From a virus (lineage: Duplodnaviria > Heunggongvirae > Uroviricota > Caudoviricetes): DNA of 64,000 nucleotides. The notes under the pieces were generated by a model that saw nothing but the letters and a program-made list of their open reading frames with translations, was not told where the DNA came from and did not search any database. This document shows positions 19,956-29,808 of the stretch, piece after piece. The position numbers and the translations under genes were made by a program. The stretch covers positions 180,701-244,700 of IMG/VR virus record IMGVR_UViG_3300010213_000001. One strand, 5' to 3'. Every line of letters begins with the position of its first letter. The stretch's first letter is position 1.

Positions 19956-20807
19956 TTATATAATTTTAGATTCTGTTTTTGGTGTAGTTACGACTGTGGA
20001 GGTAGTGTTTTTATTGGATGATACAAGACTCAGCACTTCTGTAGAAAGAGAAGTGAATGTCTCATATACAAAATCTTTTTCACTGATAATCACATCATCA
20101 AGATAGCCTTCTCGTTTGGCTTGTGGGTGCGAATGCCAGTAATTGTTATTATCTATCCAAACACTGTATAGATGATTGAAAGAATCTTGGATTGTCTCTG
20201 TTTGGTCTTCACTTAATAGATTATCAATGGCATATTTTATCTCACCATCTTTGTACTCTAGTACTTCATTATAAAGCTTAACCATTAGATCATTTCCATC
20301 TTTTGTTTTTGCGTTTTCCTTTGTCTTTTCCTTTTCTTGCTTTTTTTCTTTTTTTGAACTTTTGCTGGTCCAGATGTCCAAGATTGAGTTGTTTACTTCT
20401 TTTGCCTGATCTTTTGTTATTATACTGGAGCTGTTTGATTCTTTTGATAGCGTCTTCGATTTCTCGTTTCCCTTATCTCCTCCATCAGTTTGAAAGCCTA
20501 TATTAGAAGCAGTAGAAGGACGATTGTTGTAACTGTAACCAGTATTGCTATTCCAAGAGCCGAAGGTGGAATATGCCATTCTTCCAATTCTAGATATTGC
20601 CTCTTCTATCTCTTTAGCTGTTTCAAGGACAATCTTAGGCTCCATATCACACTCATAGTTTGGCGTTTTAAATCTGATAGTTATATCATTACGTTTATTT
20701 ACGATCATCATGATATACCACTTATCATCATCTGGTTCTAAGTCCAAGAATTTTTGTATCATTGTTACATCTTGACCAGAAGGACTAACTCCCATATTGA
20801 CATGACT
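19956..20807 (-). CDS. JAB/MPN (JAMM) metalloprotease, 3' exon
   Basis: Track ORF starts at a TTG (20810..20808). Exon begins SHVNMGVSPSGQD... Joined to exon 1 (...WGH) it gives HSHVNMGVSPSGQD, an exact JAMM HxHx7Sx2D motif. Long Lys/Glu-rich low-complexity middle and a C-terminal WHSHP segment. Confidence 0.7.
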   Translation of the reverse strand, partial: SHVNMGVSPSGQDVTMIQKFLDLEPDDDKWYIMMIVNKRNDITIRFKTPNYECDMEPKIVLETAKEIEEAISRIGRMAYSTFGSWNSNTGYSYNNRPSTASNIGFQTDGGDKGNEKSKTLSKESNSSSIITKDQAKEVNNSILDIWTSKSSKKEKKQEKEKTKENAKTKDGNDLMVKLYNEVLEYKDGEIKYAIDNLLSEDQTETIQDSFNHLYSVWIDNNNYWHSHPQAKREGYLDDVIISEKDFVYETFTSLSTEVLSLVSSNKNTTSTVVTTPKTESKII

Positions 20808-21235
20808 CAAACATTACGTAATAGTTCGCTAGACTATTATCCGTCCTTTCGGTAAATGCTTTAACGTAAGCAACGGTATCGGACTATATCATCATCAATT
20901 AGTACTATATAGTACTAATTGAGTTCCGTGCTTCCACTCGCTTGAGTGTATAGATTTCATCTTCCTATTTATTTTATTAGGATGGTATATCTTAGTCTCT
21001 GAACCTTCTACCTATTACTAGGCAGGACGGCTGCGGATTGTCCATTGTAATATCTTTAACCTTTTTACCTTACCAAGATAGTTAATCTTGCCATTTACTT
21101 ATATTACTATAGTAAACTTGGTAGTTAAAGCTTTAGGAGTTCCCCGCAATTCTCGGAATTTAACTTATACCTATTACTAGGTATGGGTCACAGTCATTAT
21201 TTCTTTATTATTTAATAAGAAAATATTGTAGTTTT
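20808..21235 (-). mobile_element. group I intron (ORF-less, ~428 nt) in JAB gene
   Basis: Minus-strand reading shows P (AAUUGCGGGGAAC, from 21139..21156), Q (AAUCCGCAGCC, 21029..21043), R (GGUUCAGAGACUAAG, 20991..21005) and S (GAUAUAGUCC, 20881..20893) in the correct 5'-3' order. Exon 1 ends in U (…GGGUCAU). An internal guide GUGACCC about 45 nt into the intron pairs with GGGUCAU with a U•G at the splice site. The intron ends in G (…AAUGUUUG). Confidence 0.8.
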
Positions 21236-21508
21236 ATGACCCCAGCACTTTGGTGGAATAGCAGAATGCATCATAATTTCCGCTTCACCTTCTTCTGTAA
21301 CTTCTGTAGTTACTCCAGAACAACGTTGTGATGGAACATATGCATCAGTCACAATAAAAGATTTTTCATTTATTCGTTTTACCCAATAGAAAAAAGTGTA
21401 CTCTATATCAACTTTCTGTGTCATAGTTTGTACATATACAGCCTTGTCATATGGAATGAGCAATTCTAGTTCTTGAAATTTTGGAGCTATTTTGTTTAAA
21501 TTGTACAT
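21236..21508 (-). CDS. JAB/MPN (JAMM) metalloprotease, 5' exon
   Basis: ATG at 21508. ...TEVTEEGEAEIMMHSAIPPKCWGH supplies the upstream Glu and the first part of the JAMM motif. The track ORF reads through into the intron (…KTTIFSY*). Confidence 0.7.
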
Positions 21509-21551
21509 AATTGTGATTTAATTAATACAATTAAATACAATTAAATATTTT

Positions 21552-23276
21552 CTATTCAGTTACCTCACACCAATTTTTATATTTTCTACCTGCAGGATCT
21601 TGCGTATTTACAGACTTGAGCCACATGATAATATATATAAATAAATCAGGGTAGTTCTTTTCAGCTACAAGTTTGGGAATCTCAGAACTATAAATGTTTC
21701 CCCAGCAACTCTTGAAAGAAGCTACAACTATATCTTTAGTTGCCTCTGTACCTACCGGTACAATTGTTGTCTCACCAATAGGACTTATGCAATGTGGATG
21801 TGGTAACTTTTTATTATCCCATCCAGTAATTAACTGTTTAGGATCACATAGAATTAAAACTTCATTGTTACTTTCTTTAATACAGATATATAAATTTTCT
21901 GGTAATTTAAACTTTTTACCCGCTTCTTCAAAGTACATATCTTTTAGTTTAAAACATATGTTACCCCCAGCTTTAGTTTGAAATAGTCCATCAAAGTGCT
22001 CATTCTGGATAATATCTTTGGACAATCTTTCATTTACAGATTCTTGTTCCTTAACAGCTAATTGATTTACAAGTGCTGTCTTTGTTTCTGTATATTGAAC
22101 TAGAGTTTTATGATAACTAGTCATATTGTTTTCTAGCTGTTGTATATTTGATACTGTTGTTGCAATGCTAGAGTCAACGTTAGCTAGTTGCTTCTTTATC
22201 TCTAAAAGCCTAATATCGTTCAACTTTCTAGTTAAGTGAGCTATCTGTTCTTGTCTTTCTCTTTCTTTAGCGCTAATAAGAAACTTATTAAATTTCTCTC
22301 TAAAGCTTTCATAAAGCTGAGTCATAGCCTTCATATCAATCTTTTTTTCTTTGTCTAGCCCTGCTATAAGTTTATCTAGTGCTGGACCTCTAAAAGAAGG
22401 GAACGGTATATCTCCAACACGTGCAATATATAAAATATTATCTATAAATACTATATCGCTACTTATAATACTTATAGAACAATCTTTAATATCCTTATAG
22501 AAAACTTCTCCTCCTTCTACTCTAGCTTGCTTCAAGTCTTTATATTCTTCAAGGTTAGTTTCAGCTATTTCTTCTTCTAAGTTTGTTATAGTCTTTGCTA
22601 TATTCTCTGCCATTAGCTTGTCATTCTGCATTGTAGCTAATCTTAATGAAGAATAACTTCTTGGATCTTCCAGACCTTCTGCGTGAGATATTAAGTCCTC
22701 AATAGCTTTATCAAGCTTAGCAATATCAAAGTCTTTCAACTCTTTCTGTAGAATAGAGATGTGATTAATCTTGTTAGTTCGATCGTTTAGTTTCTTTATT
22801 TTTTTAGTAAATTCTTTATCATACAAAAAAGCTAGCTTATTTACTACATGAATTCTATCTTTACTAAGAGTAGTTTTAATTTTATTGAAAAATAAACCAG
22901 GTAACAATTCAACTTTTTCTACATCAATATCATCTTTACATAATGTGTAATCTAAAACAGCGAGGTTTGTACTACTTTCTTCTTTATGAAGTTCAGAAAC
23001 AATTAAATCATCATCTTTTATGTGTATTCTTAGAGGCATCTTCTCTACAGGCTTTACAGATATATTTTCTAGCACTTTATCTTTTTTAGAGAAGGAAGTT
23101 ACTCTAAGGACACCTGGCTCTACTTCATAACAACCGTCAATAACTAATTTAGTGTTGAAGTCATCAATGTAGACAGCTTCTACATCCTCTCCATCCACAT
23201 GTACCCTAAATTTAGTGATATCTTTGAGCTCTGGAAGTTCTGACAAAGGTTTGCCGCGTCCTAATGTTATAATCAT
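21552..23276 (-). CDS. large hypothetical protein (574 aa), central coiled-coil, Cys/His-rich C-terminal domain
   Basis: First gene of the JAB–E1–Ubl run. C-terminus ...KKLPHPHCISPIGETTIVPVG...SFKSCWGN is a possible E2-like (HPN-Cys-like) or other Cys-His fold. No firm assignment. Confidence 0.55.
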   Translation of the reverse strand: MIITLGRGKPLSELPELKDITKFRVHVDGEDVEAVYIDDFNTKLVIDGCYEVEPGVLRVTSFSKKDKVLENISVKPVEKMPLRIHIKDDDLIVSELHKEESSTNLAVLDYTLCKDDIDVEKVELLPGLFFNKIKTTLSKDRIHVVNKLAFLYDKEFTKKIKKLNDRTNKINHISILQKELKDFDIAKLDKAIEDLISHAEGLEDPRSYSSLRLATMQNDKLMAENIAKTITNLEEEIAETNLEEYKDLKQARVEGGEVFYKDIKDCSISIISSDIVFIDNILYIARVGDIPFPSFRGPALDKLIAGLDKEKKIDMKAMTQLYESFREKFNKFLISAKERERQEQIAHLTRKLNDIRLLEIKKQLANVDSSIATTVSNIQQLENNMTSYHKTLVQYTETKTALVNQLAVKEQESVNERLSKDIIQNEHFDGLFQTKAGGNICFKLKDMYFEEAGKKFKLPENLYICIKESNNEVLILCDPKQLITGWDNKKLPHPHCISPIGETTIVPVGTEATKDIVVASFKSCWGNIYSSEIPKLVAEKNYPDLFIYIIMWLKSVNTQDPAGRKYKNWCEVTE

Positions 23277-23278
23277 TT

Positions 23279-23929
23279 TTAAAAGTCAAGTATTTGTTTT
23301 TCCAGTTCTGATAGCCTTTGTACTCTGCTTTGTGGTTTTTGTACTGATTGGGTTTTTGAAGATTGAAGTAGAACGTCTTCTAACTCTCTTCTTAGAAGAT
23401 CATTTTCTGTCTCGACATCATTTTTTCTTTCTTTAGCTACATGTAGTTCGTTCTGAGTTTCAGATAAGCTTTTTCTAAGAATATTTAGTTCCATCTCTAA
23501 TAAACTTTGCTTATTCTTTAGATTCTCAACTTCTTGACTATCAGTACTATTCTTTATAGCTCCTAAGTTAGTACTTATCTTTGCTATTGCCTCTTCTAGT
23601 GATTGTTGTCTTGTATCGTTTTCTACAGGTGATACTGCCTTTATTACTCCGCTAGTACCAGGTAGGAATGCCTTACCAAGCTCTACTTCATTAGATTTTA
23701 CCATTTGATACATTTTACGTTTAACATCATCACTTCCTGGTATGTCTGTGTTGAAACTTTCTTGTTTTGTAGATGTGTTGCTAATTTGTTCTAGTATAAA
23801 TTCAACAGAATGATAATCTATTTCATTTGTAGAACAATTCCTAACAATAACTATATTACTATCATATGAAATGTCATCAATCTGCCAAGATTGACCCTTC
23901 ATCGTTATTATTTGTCCAATATCTAACAT
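23279..23929 (-). CDS. hypothetical coiled-coil protein
   Basis: ORF track; heptad-rich charged C-terminus. Confidence 0.5.
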   Translation of the reverse strand: MLDIGQIITMKGQSWQIDDISYDSNIVIVRNCSTNEIDYHSVEFILEQISNTSTKQESFNTDIPGSDDVKRKMYQMVKSNEVELGKAFLPGTSGVIKAVSPVENDTRQQSLEEAIAKISTNLGAIKNSTDSQEVENLKNKQSLLEMELNILRKSLSETQNELHVAKERKNDVETENDLLRRELEDVLLQSSKTQSVQKPQSRVQRLSELEKQILDF

Positions 23930-23966
23930 AAGATTAAAATATAAAAGAGGGGAGAAATCCCCTCTT
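23925..23966 (-). terminator. putative rho-independent terminator
   Basis: Perfect 7-bp stem gagggga / tcccctc with a GAAA tetraloop (23947..23964). A/T-rich tract downstream on the minus strand. Lies between the stop of 23995..24591 and the start of 23279..23929. Confidence 0.55.
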
Positions 23967-23994
23967 AAATTGAAACAAATAAATACTAGAAAGA

Positions 23995-24591
23995 TTAACC
24001 TTCTACAGGCGGCTCAGGCTGAATTTCTGAAAAGTTCAATTCTTGTGAATCGGCAAGCAACTGCTCAATAGACTCAATCTTCTCACGTAACGTCTTGATT
24101 TTAGCTTCAAGAGCTGTAACTTCAGGACTGTTGACAATTCTAGCAAGAGCTTTCTTTCTACGATCAACTTCTCGCTGATAAGGGATCAGTGCAGGCGTAT
24201 TGTAATTCTTTTTCGCCTTGATCAAGTTAGAAAGCTCCAAGGTAAAGTTTGTAGATCTGTCCATCATCTTTTGAACAAGGCTTTCTTCAGCAGCTTCGAT
24301 TAGACTTACTCTAGCTAGTCTCAAATCTTCTTCAGCTTTAGAAACCTCAAGTTCTAGAGCCTTGATAGTTGACTTCTTGACTTTGTTTTCCTCTAAAGTC
24401 TCTTGTTTCTGCAATTCTAGAATTTCTAACTCTGCTTTGGCATTACTCAACATTGCATTAAGCTCAGAGTGAAAGTTGTCAACTGCCTTAACAACGTACT
24501 TTTCAGCAAATTGTGTTGGCTCTAATTTTTGGTCAGCTACTCTTGAAGATACTAATGATACTAGATTTGCAACGATTGAATTTTTAGACAT
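23995..24591 (-). CDS. hypothetical coiled-coil protein
   Basis: ORF track; long heptad repeats. Confidence 0.5.
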   Translation of the reverse strand: MSKNSIVANLVSLVSSRVADQKLEPTQFAEKYVVKAVDNFHSELNAMLSNAKAELEILELQKQETLEENKVKKSTIKALELEVSKAEEDLRLARVSLIEAAEESLVQKMMDRSTNFTLELSNLIKAKKNYNTPALIPYQREVDRRKKALARIVNSPEVTALEAKIKTLREKIESIEQLLADSQELNFSEIQPEPPVEG

Positions 24592-24649
24592 GATTTGTTT
24601 GGTTTTTTTGGGTTTTAATAGAATTAAGTACTATCATTTTAAGTATCAA

Positions 24650-24895
24650 TTAATATGTACTATTAGATAATGCATCTTTCACAGCCTCACTGAATTCAGT
24701 ATAGCCAAAAGTATTCACGTATTGTCTTATGACACCGTCTCTCTTGTCACATCCATAAGTCTTAGTCATATTAACACTACTAATACTACTAACATTGAAA
24801 ACTCTTATAATGTTAAGTATAGTATTATATTTGTCAATATCTAAGATACGTAATAAACTCATAGCTACTTCAAAGGGCAATTCTATATTATTCAT
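24650..24895 (-). CDS. hypothetical protein
   Basis: ORF track. Confidence 0.45.
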   Translation of the reverse strand: MNNIELPFEVAMSLLRILDIDKYNTILNIIRVFNVSSISSVNMTKTYGCDKRDGVIRQYVNTFGYTEFSEAVKDALSNSTY

Positions 24896-24897
24896 AC

Positions 24898-25773
24898 CTA
24901 CTTTGTATCTTCTGTTGCTCCAGCCAGTATTGTTTTATCTTCGACATCTACAGGTTCCATAACATAGCTCTCTAACAACCTTACTGTCGCCATCTTGATA
25001 TCATCAACAGTTGGAGAAGCATCTAGATTAGCTACTATACTTTCTGCTCGACCAATTATCTCATTCTTAGTTTTGAACAGTTTTGATTTAGCTAGTATTG
25101 ATTCACAAATTTCTAAGCATTCACTTTCCGACAAGCTTCCAATACTAATAGAATATTGAATTCTAGATGGTCTAAATCTGATAGTGTTAGGTATCTCCTC
25201 AACATGATTTGTCATAAATAGATAGAAGCAATCATCTAATGTGTTTGGACCATCAAGCAAATTCTTCATAAAAGAAGAGCTATTCTTCATAATGTATTCA
25301 CATTCATCAACTATAATTATAGCTTTAAAATGTTCAGTTTTACGTCGTATAACAGGGATTATACTAACAATAGCTCTCAATTCATCTGTATTATCCACTT
25401 CGAATATACAAGCATCAAACTTGTCTGATAAATATGCAGCTACTGTTTGCGCTATGGTTGTTTTTCCTGTTCCTTGAGGACCGTGCAATAATAAAGCTCT
25501 ACTATTTTTGATATCTAGGGCTCTATATAGATCTATAACTTGAGGACAAAACATGTTCAGTATTCTTTCTTTGTCTTCTCCAAGTTTCTCCAAACTTCTT
25601 TGTTTGATTATATGTTCTCTATTTTCATAGACTCTTTTCAATATCCAACCAGTAGTCATAGAGTATTCTGCCTTATATCTATCTTTTGGCAGTTTGGTAT
25701 GGATAACCCCGTCCTTTCCAATTAGATTAACATAGTCGTCCACAATGAGGTGGTGAGTGTTTTCTGCTGACAT
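24898..25773 (-). CDS. AAA+ ATPase, clamp-loader-like (RFC / gp44-like) candidate
   Basis: Walker A LLLHGPQGTGKTT, Walker B IIIVDECE, sensor-1-like FMTNH, SRC-like PSRIQ. Confidence 0.55.
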   Translation of the reverse strand: MSAENTHHLIVDDYVNLIGKDGVIHTKLPKDRYKAEYSMTTGWILKRVYENREHIIKQRSLEKLGEDKERILNMFCPQVIDLYRALDIKNSRALLLHGPQGTGKTTIAQTVAAYLSDKFDACIFEVDNTDELRAIVSIIPVIRRKTEHFKAIIIVDECEYIMKNSSSFMKNLLDGPNTLDDCFYLFMTNHVEEIPNTIRFRPSRIQYSISIGSLSESECLEICESILAKSKLFKTKNEIIGRAESIVANLDASPTVDDIKMATVRLLESYVMEPVDVEDKTILAGATEDTK

Positions 25774-25789
25774 AATAAAATAAATTATA

Positions 25790-26203
25790 TTAAAGATGTA
25801 TTACATCTTTAATTGGTGGTTTAATATTCTTTTTAATTTTGTTTTTAACTTTAGAAGTATTGACTACCTCTTCTGGGATTGTGTATCCCAAATAAGTCAG
25901 AAATTGAATATATGTCACTTGAGTGAATCTATCCACAACAGGACCAGTACTCTTCATACTAACTAGAAATTTATACCTCCCTAGGTATAAATAAACAGCT
26001 AATAGAATGTCTTTGCTTCCTTTCTTACCTTTGTAGAATCTATAACTAGCTTTGTTATGGACAATTTCTTCTAAGAATAGATTGTCCACACAGGATAGAT
26101 ATCTTTCAAATGCATCATTCCTTTTCTTTTTTGCCGCTATAGCTATTCTATTAATAATTACACATATAGTTATTAATAAAGCTATTATTAATAATAAGAT
26201 CAT
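25790..26203 (-). CDS. hypothetical membrane protein
   Basis: N-terminal TM helix MILLLIIALLITICVIINRIAIA. Confidence 0.45.
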   Translation of the reverse strand: MILLLIIALLITICVIINRIAIAAKKKRNDAFERYLSCVDNLFLEEIVHNKASYRFYKGKKGSKDILLAVYLYLGRYKFLVSMKSTGPVVDRFTQVTYIQFLTYLGYTIPEEVVNTSKVKNKIKKNIKPPIKDVIHL

Positions 26204-26610
26204 ATTATTTTATCTGTTGCTTTTTGTAGACTGTATTTTAATAGTGTTATATTATTGTCTCTCAATCCTGAAATTAAATTGTTTAAGTTTTGTTTCTCAG
26301 TAAATTGAGAATCAAAATTATACCAATTTATGGTTACAAAATTAGTGACTACATCTATACCTATTACTATAAACCCACTTGTGTATCCTGATATCTCACA
26401 ACTAATTATGTTATATCTGATATTGTTTATCAACACATTTGATTTGAACTTCTTATTTATTTTTGCAGCTTCAATTAGACAATTTACCTCCTTTAGGTAT
26501 ATGTCTGTATTCTTTGCTTTTTTAGTAGTGCTAGAATTGAATTTTTTGTAGCTTAATAATAGTAAGGATAATAATATAATTCCTACTATTAAAATATATA
26601 AATTTATCAT
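26200..26610 (-). CDS. hypothetical membrane protein
   Basis: N-terminal TM helix; 4-nt overlap with neighbour. Confidence 0.45.
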   Translation of the reverse strand: MINLYILIVGIILLSLLLLSYKKFNSSTTKKAKNTDIYLKEVNCLIEAAKINKKFKSNVLINNIRYNIISCEISGYTSGFIVIGIDVVTNFVTINWYNFDSQFTEKQNLNNLISGLRDNNITLLKYSLQKATDKII

Positions 26611-26612
26611 AG

Positions 26613-26987
26613 TTATTCTGAATCTAAATAAGCTGGATCAAAATAAACTCGTTTATTGAACTTGGCTATGGCTTCCTCACACAATTTGAAATTAGTAATA
26701 TCCAATTGATAGTTTGACAAGTCATCAAACATATTGTGAATCTCATCACTAATACTACATTCTTTTGGTTCTGTATCATAATGTGAAATTCCTGTAAATT
26801 GTTCTACAGTCTCTGGCACTTCTCTACCAGCTTTGTATATCTTATATTCTATTAGGTCAGAATAGGTTGGCTTGATGAGCTGTTTAGTAGCTGGATCATA
26901 GATAGAATCTATTTCTCCTAACAATAAGTTAGTTACAGAATTCAACATCTTTGGATTCTTTACAAGTTCGATTATTTGTACGCGCAT
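26613..26987 (-). CDS. hypothetical protein
   Basis: ORF track. Confidence 0.5.
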   Translation of the reverse strand: MRVQIIELVKNPKMLNSVTNLLLGEIDSIYDPATKQLIKPTYSDLIEYKIYKAGREVPETVEQFTGISHYDTEPKECSISDEIHNMFDDLSNYQLDITNFKLCEEAIAKFNKRVYFDPAYLDSE

Positions 26988-27079
26988 TTTATTTTGAGTT
27001 AAAAGTTTATAATTAATATAAAATTGAAAGGTCTAATTTTACTAGACCTTTCAAAATAAAGGATTGTGATCAATAGAAA

Positions 27080-28294
27080 TTAAAACACATTAGGTTTTAT
27101 TACGATTTCAAACCTAACTCTTACTCCAGACCTTGTAAGTCCTTCATAGATAGTTTTGCCTCCTACTTTCTTATCATCTAAATCTCTACTTATGTAGCTG
27201 ATAGATTCGTAAGTAACAATTTTAGTGTAGTCTGTATCGTCGTCAGTTTCTTCTCCTCGCTCTCTAATAATACTCTTGAATGCCTCATTATTGAGAACAC
27301 TCTGTCCAGTCTTCAAGCTTCCAAATAATACACTAGAAGGACTTCCAAATCCGATTGAACTGTAACATAGAACATCATTAGCGTATATCTTATATTCTAA
27401 AGTGTTTACAGTACTAGAATTAGTAAAGCGTGCAATGTTATATGAATTTAGTAGTTCCTCAAATCCTTCTTCACCAATAGCTTTTAGGAACTCTTCATCG
27501 TAGTTATTTATTAGTTTTACTAGATCAACTACACCATTAACAGTAATTAGTTTATCTACTCTACTAACAAAGTAATCTTTTACTGTTTCTACAAAATCAG
27601 GTTTAAGATGAGTTTCAAGATATGCACTCACTTCATCTATAGGCATTTCCCCATATTCAAATACAAAGGCAATTCGACCTGGTCTATCTCTGAAGTACTG
27701 ACTAAATCTCATGTTATTAGATGTTAGTAAGAATAGAGCAGAAGACTTGTAGTCTGGTTCCAGCAGCTTTAGGAAATGGATTGTTTTGTTATCAATAGAT
27801 TCATCGTCATCATACATAGATGAGTTAATGATTTTCTCAAATTCGTCAATATAAACAATGAATTGTTGATTGACATCAGACAACTGTCTGATACAATCTC
27901 CTAGATCAGCAAGATTAGTTGTATTAGTAACAACAATTACAGGATGTTGACTAGTTGCAATAATGTATTTACAGATAGTTGTTTTGCCTGATCCTGCTAC
28001 TCCATTAAATAGAACAGCCATAGTTTTTCCAACTTCTTTATGTTTCTGCCAAGACTGTTCAACAATTGCAGAACGTAATTTGATTTTGTCTTCCTGATAT
28101 AGAGAATCTGGTAATGTTGGCGGAGAGATTGGCTTTAGGCTGTATGGTCGACCAGTCATTGGATCACTGTTTACAAACTTGTATACAGTATTATCTTCGA
28201 GTCCGTTTGTATTTGGTAACGCTGGTTTATTCAAGAAGTAAACTTCACCTGATGCATCCTTTTGCCAAGCTACCGTATTTTGAGTATTTTCCAT
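27080..28294 (-). CDS. AAA+ ATPase domain protein
   Basis: Walker A MAVLFNGVAGSGKTT, Walker B FIVYIDEFE, sensor 1 LLTSNN, Arg-finger region RPGRIAFVFEY. Confidence 0.6.
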   Translation of the reverse strand: MENTQNTVAWQKDASGEVYFLNKPALPNTNGLEDNTVYKFVNSDPMTGRPYSLKPISPPTLPDSLYQEDKIKLRSAIVEQSWQKHKEVGKTMAVLFNGVAGSGKTTICKYIIATSQHPVIVVTNTTNLADLGDCIRQLSDVNQQFIVYIDEFEKIINSSMYDDDESIDNKTIHFLKLLEPDYKSSALFLLTSNNMRFSQYFRDRPGRIAFVFEYGEMPIDEVSAYLETHLKPDFVETVKDYFVSRVDKLITVNGVVDLVKLINNYDEEFLKAIGEEGFEELLNSYNIARFTNSSTVNTLEYKIYANDVLCYSSIGFGSPSSVLFGSLKTGQSVLNNEAFKSIIRERGEETDDDTDYTKIVTYESISYISRDLDDKKVGGKTIYEGLTRSGVRVRFEIVIKPNVF

Positions 28295-28296
28295 TT

Positions 28297-28527
28297 TTAA
28301 ATTGAATTGATAATAGTGTTTATTATATACTTAATCTCAGATTCAGTTGGAATATATCCCATATCACAACCACCTTTCATAAATAGCTTAGAATGAATAA
28401 TATTATTAGTATTATCTCTAATTACTTCAATAGAAAAAGATTTAGGATCTTTTATTCCATTAACAATCAGATCAAAACTAATAATATTATTCAATATTTT
28501 TGTTATCTTTACTTCAAGTTTGTTCAT
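28297..28527 (-). CDS. hypothetical protein
   Basis: ORF track. Confidence 0.4.
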   Translation of the reverse strand: MNKLEVKITKILNNIISFDLIVNGIKDPKSFSIEVIRDNTNNIIHSKLFMKGGCDMGYIPTESEIKYIINTIINSI

Positions 28528-29129
28528 TCTACACTAACAAAGCTAGCTGTAAATGGACCAATTGGATTTGGAGTTGAAATGCCATTGTACTTCGTATAAG
28601 ATAGTTCTATGACATAATTGCCATTAGCCCAAGTATTAAAGTTATTAGCCCTATTTACTACTTTGTATTCAACTTCCCACTCTAAGTCTGACAATTTATC
28701 ATAGATAGTTAGAGTTCCTGTAGTGAGAGAAGACGGAACAGCTTTCCAACTTAATTCATATGGACCAATACCTCTAAATGGGGACTCTGCAGGTAATCTA
28801 GTAACTAATCTTTTATTATCAATATAGTCGTATCCAATTTGGAATATAACATTTGATCTATTCTTGTAATAGTCTTCTTCAACGTCCCTATATTCCTCTC
28901 CAGGAATCCAGCATAACTGCACTGATTTTTTCTCATTTCTTGGTGTAGGTCTATTTCCAACACCTCTGTATTCAATAGTACCTCTGCTAAAAATACTGTC
29001 GTGAGTATTTAATACACTTCGATCAGCGCTATCGTTAAGCACAAACTCTTCAGATGGGTCGTTACAGCTTGTAAACAGTGATACAATAACAAATAGTGAA
29101 AATAACAATAATGCTTTGAATGGTTTCAT
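28524..29129 (-). CDS. putative lipoprotein
   Basis: Signal peptide with lipobox MKPFKALLLFSLFVIVSLFTSC. Confidence 0.55.
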   Translation of the reverse strand: MKPFKALLLFSLFVIVSLFTSCNDPSEEFVLNDSADRSVLNTHDSIFSRGTIEYRGVGNRPTPRNEKKSVQLCWIPGEEYRDVEEDYYKNRSNVIFQIGYDYIDNKRLVTRLPAESPFRGIGPYELSWKAVPSSLTTGTLTIYDKLSDLEWEVEYKVVNRANNFNTWANGNYVIELSYTKYNGISTPNPIGPFTASFVSVE

Positions 29130-29174
29130 AGTGTTTTTAAAATTAAAAGTTTAACAAATTGATACAAATAAAAC

Positions 29175-29789
29175 TTACTCTGCAATATCTACTACATTCT
29201 GTGGAGAAACACTTTCTGGTTCTTGTTTAGAATCAAAGATTCTTTGCTTGAATTCCTCAGACATTTCATTAACTTCTTTTAGATCGAATCCTAGTTCATG
29301 TAATCTACTCCCATATAAGTCGACTACACTTGGAAACATGATAAAATATATTAATAATAAAAATAGAATGTTATAGATATAAGCTAGTAAACATAAAATA
29401 ATAATAAGTAGGATAGACCCAAATAATGGAGCCATAGCTATATAATAAGCTATCCTTGACTTCTTTTTGATAGACTCTTCTGTTTCAGAATCTGATATAA
29501 GTATACTATATTGTACGTGGGCGTGGTTATTTTTAATAACTTTAAAGCTTCTTGATGTATTATCTAGTAATACATTCTCGTCGAAACTAGCTTTAAATAT
29601 ACTGTTTATGTGAATAGTTGGAAATGTACAATATTTAAAATAGTACGCTACTACAGCAAATATCCAATGACATATTTCATGATATATCATTAAAGGTAGT
29701 TGAACCACATAAGCAAATACATTTAAAATTAATATCTCTAGCTTTATAGAAAATTTTACCATATTATTTACTATGATATTAATAAACAA
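29175..29789 (-). CDS. hypothetical polytopic membrane protein
   Basis: Several hydrophobic helices. Confidence 0.45.
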   Translation of the reverse strand: MFINIIVNNMVKFSIKLEILILNVFAYVVQLPLMIYHEICHWIFAVVAYYFKYCTFPTIHINSIFKASFDENVLLDNTSRSFKVIKNNHAHVQYSILISDSETEESIKKKSRIAYYIAMAPLFGSILLIIILCLLAYIYNILFLLLIYFIMFPSVVDLYGSRLHELGFDLKEVNEMSEEFKQRIFDSKQEPESVSPQNVVDIAE

Positions 29790-29808
29790 ATAAATACTGT
29801 ATTTGCTA

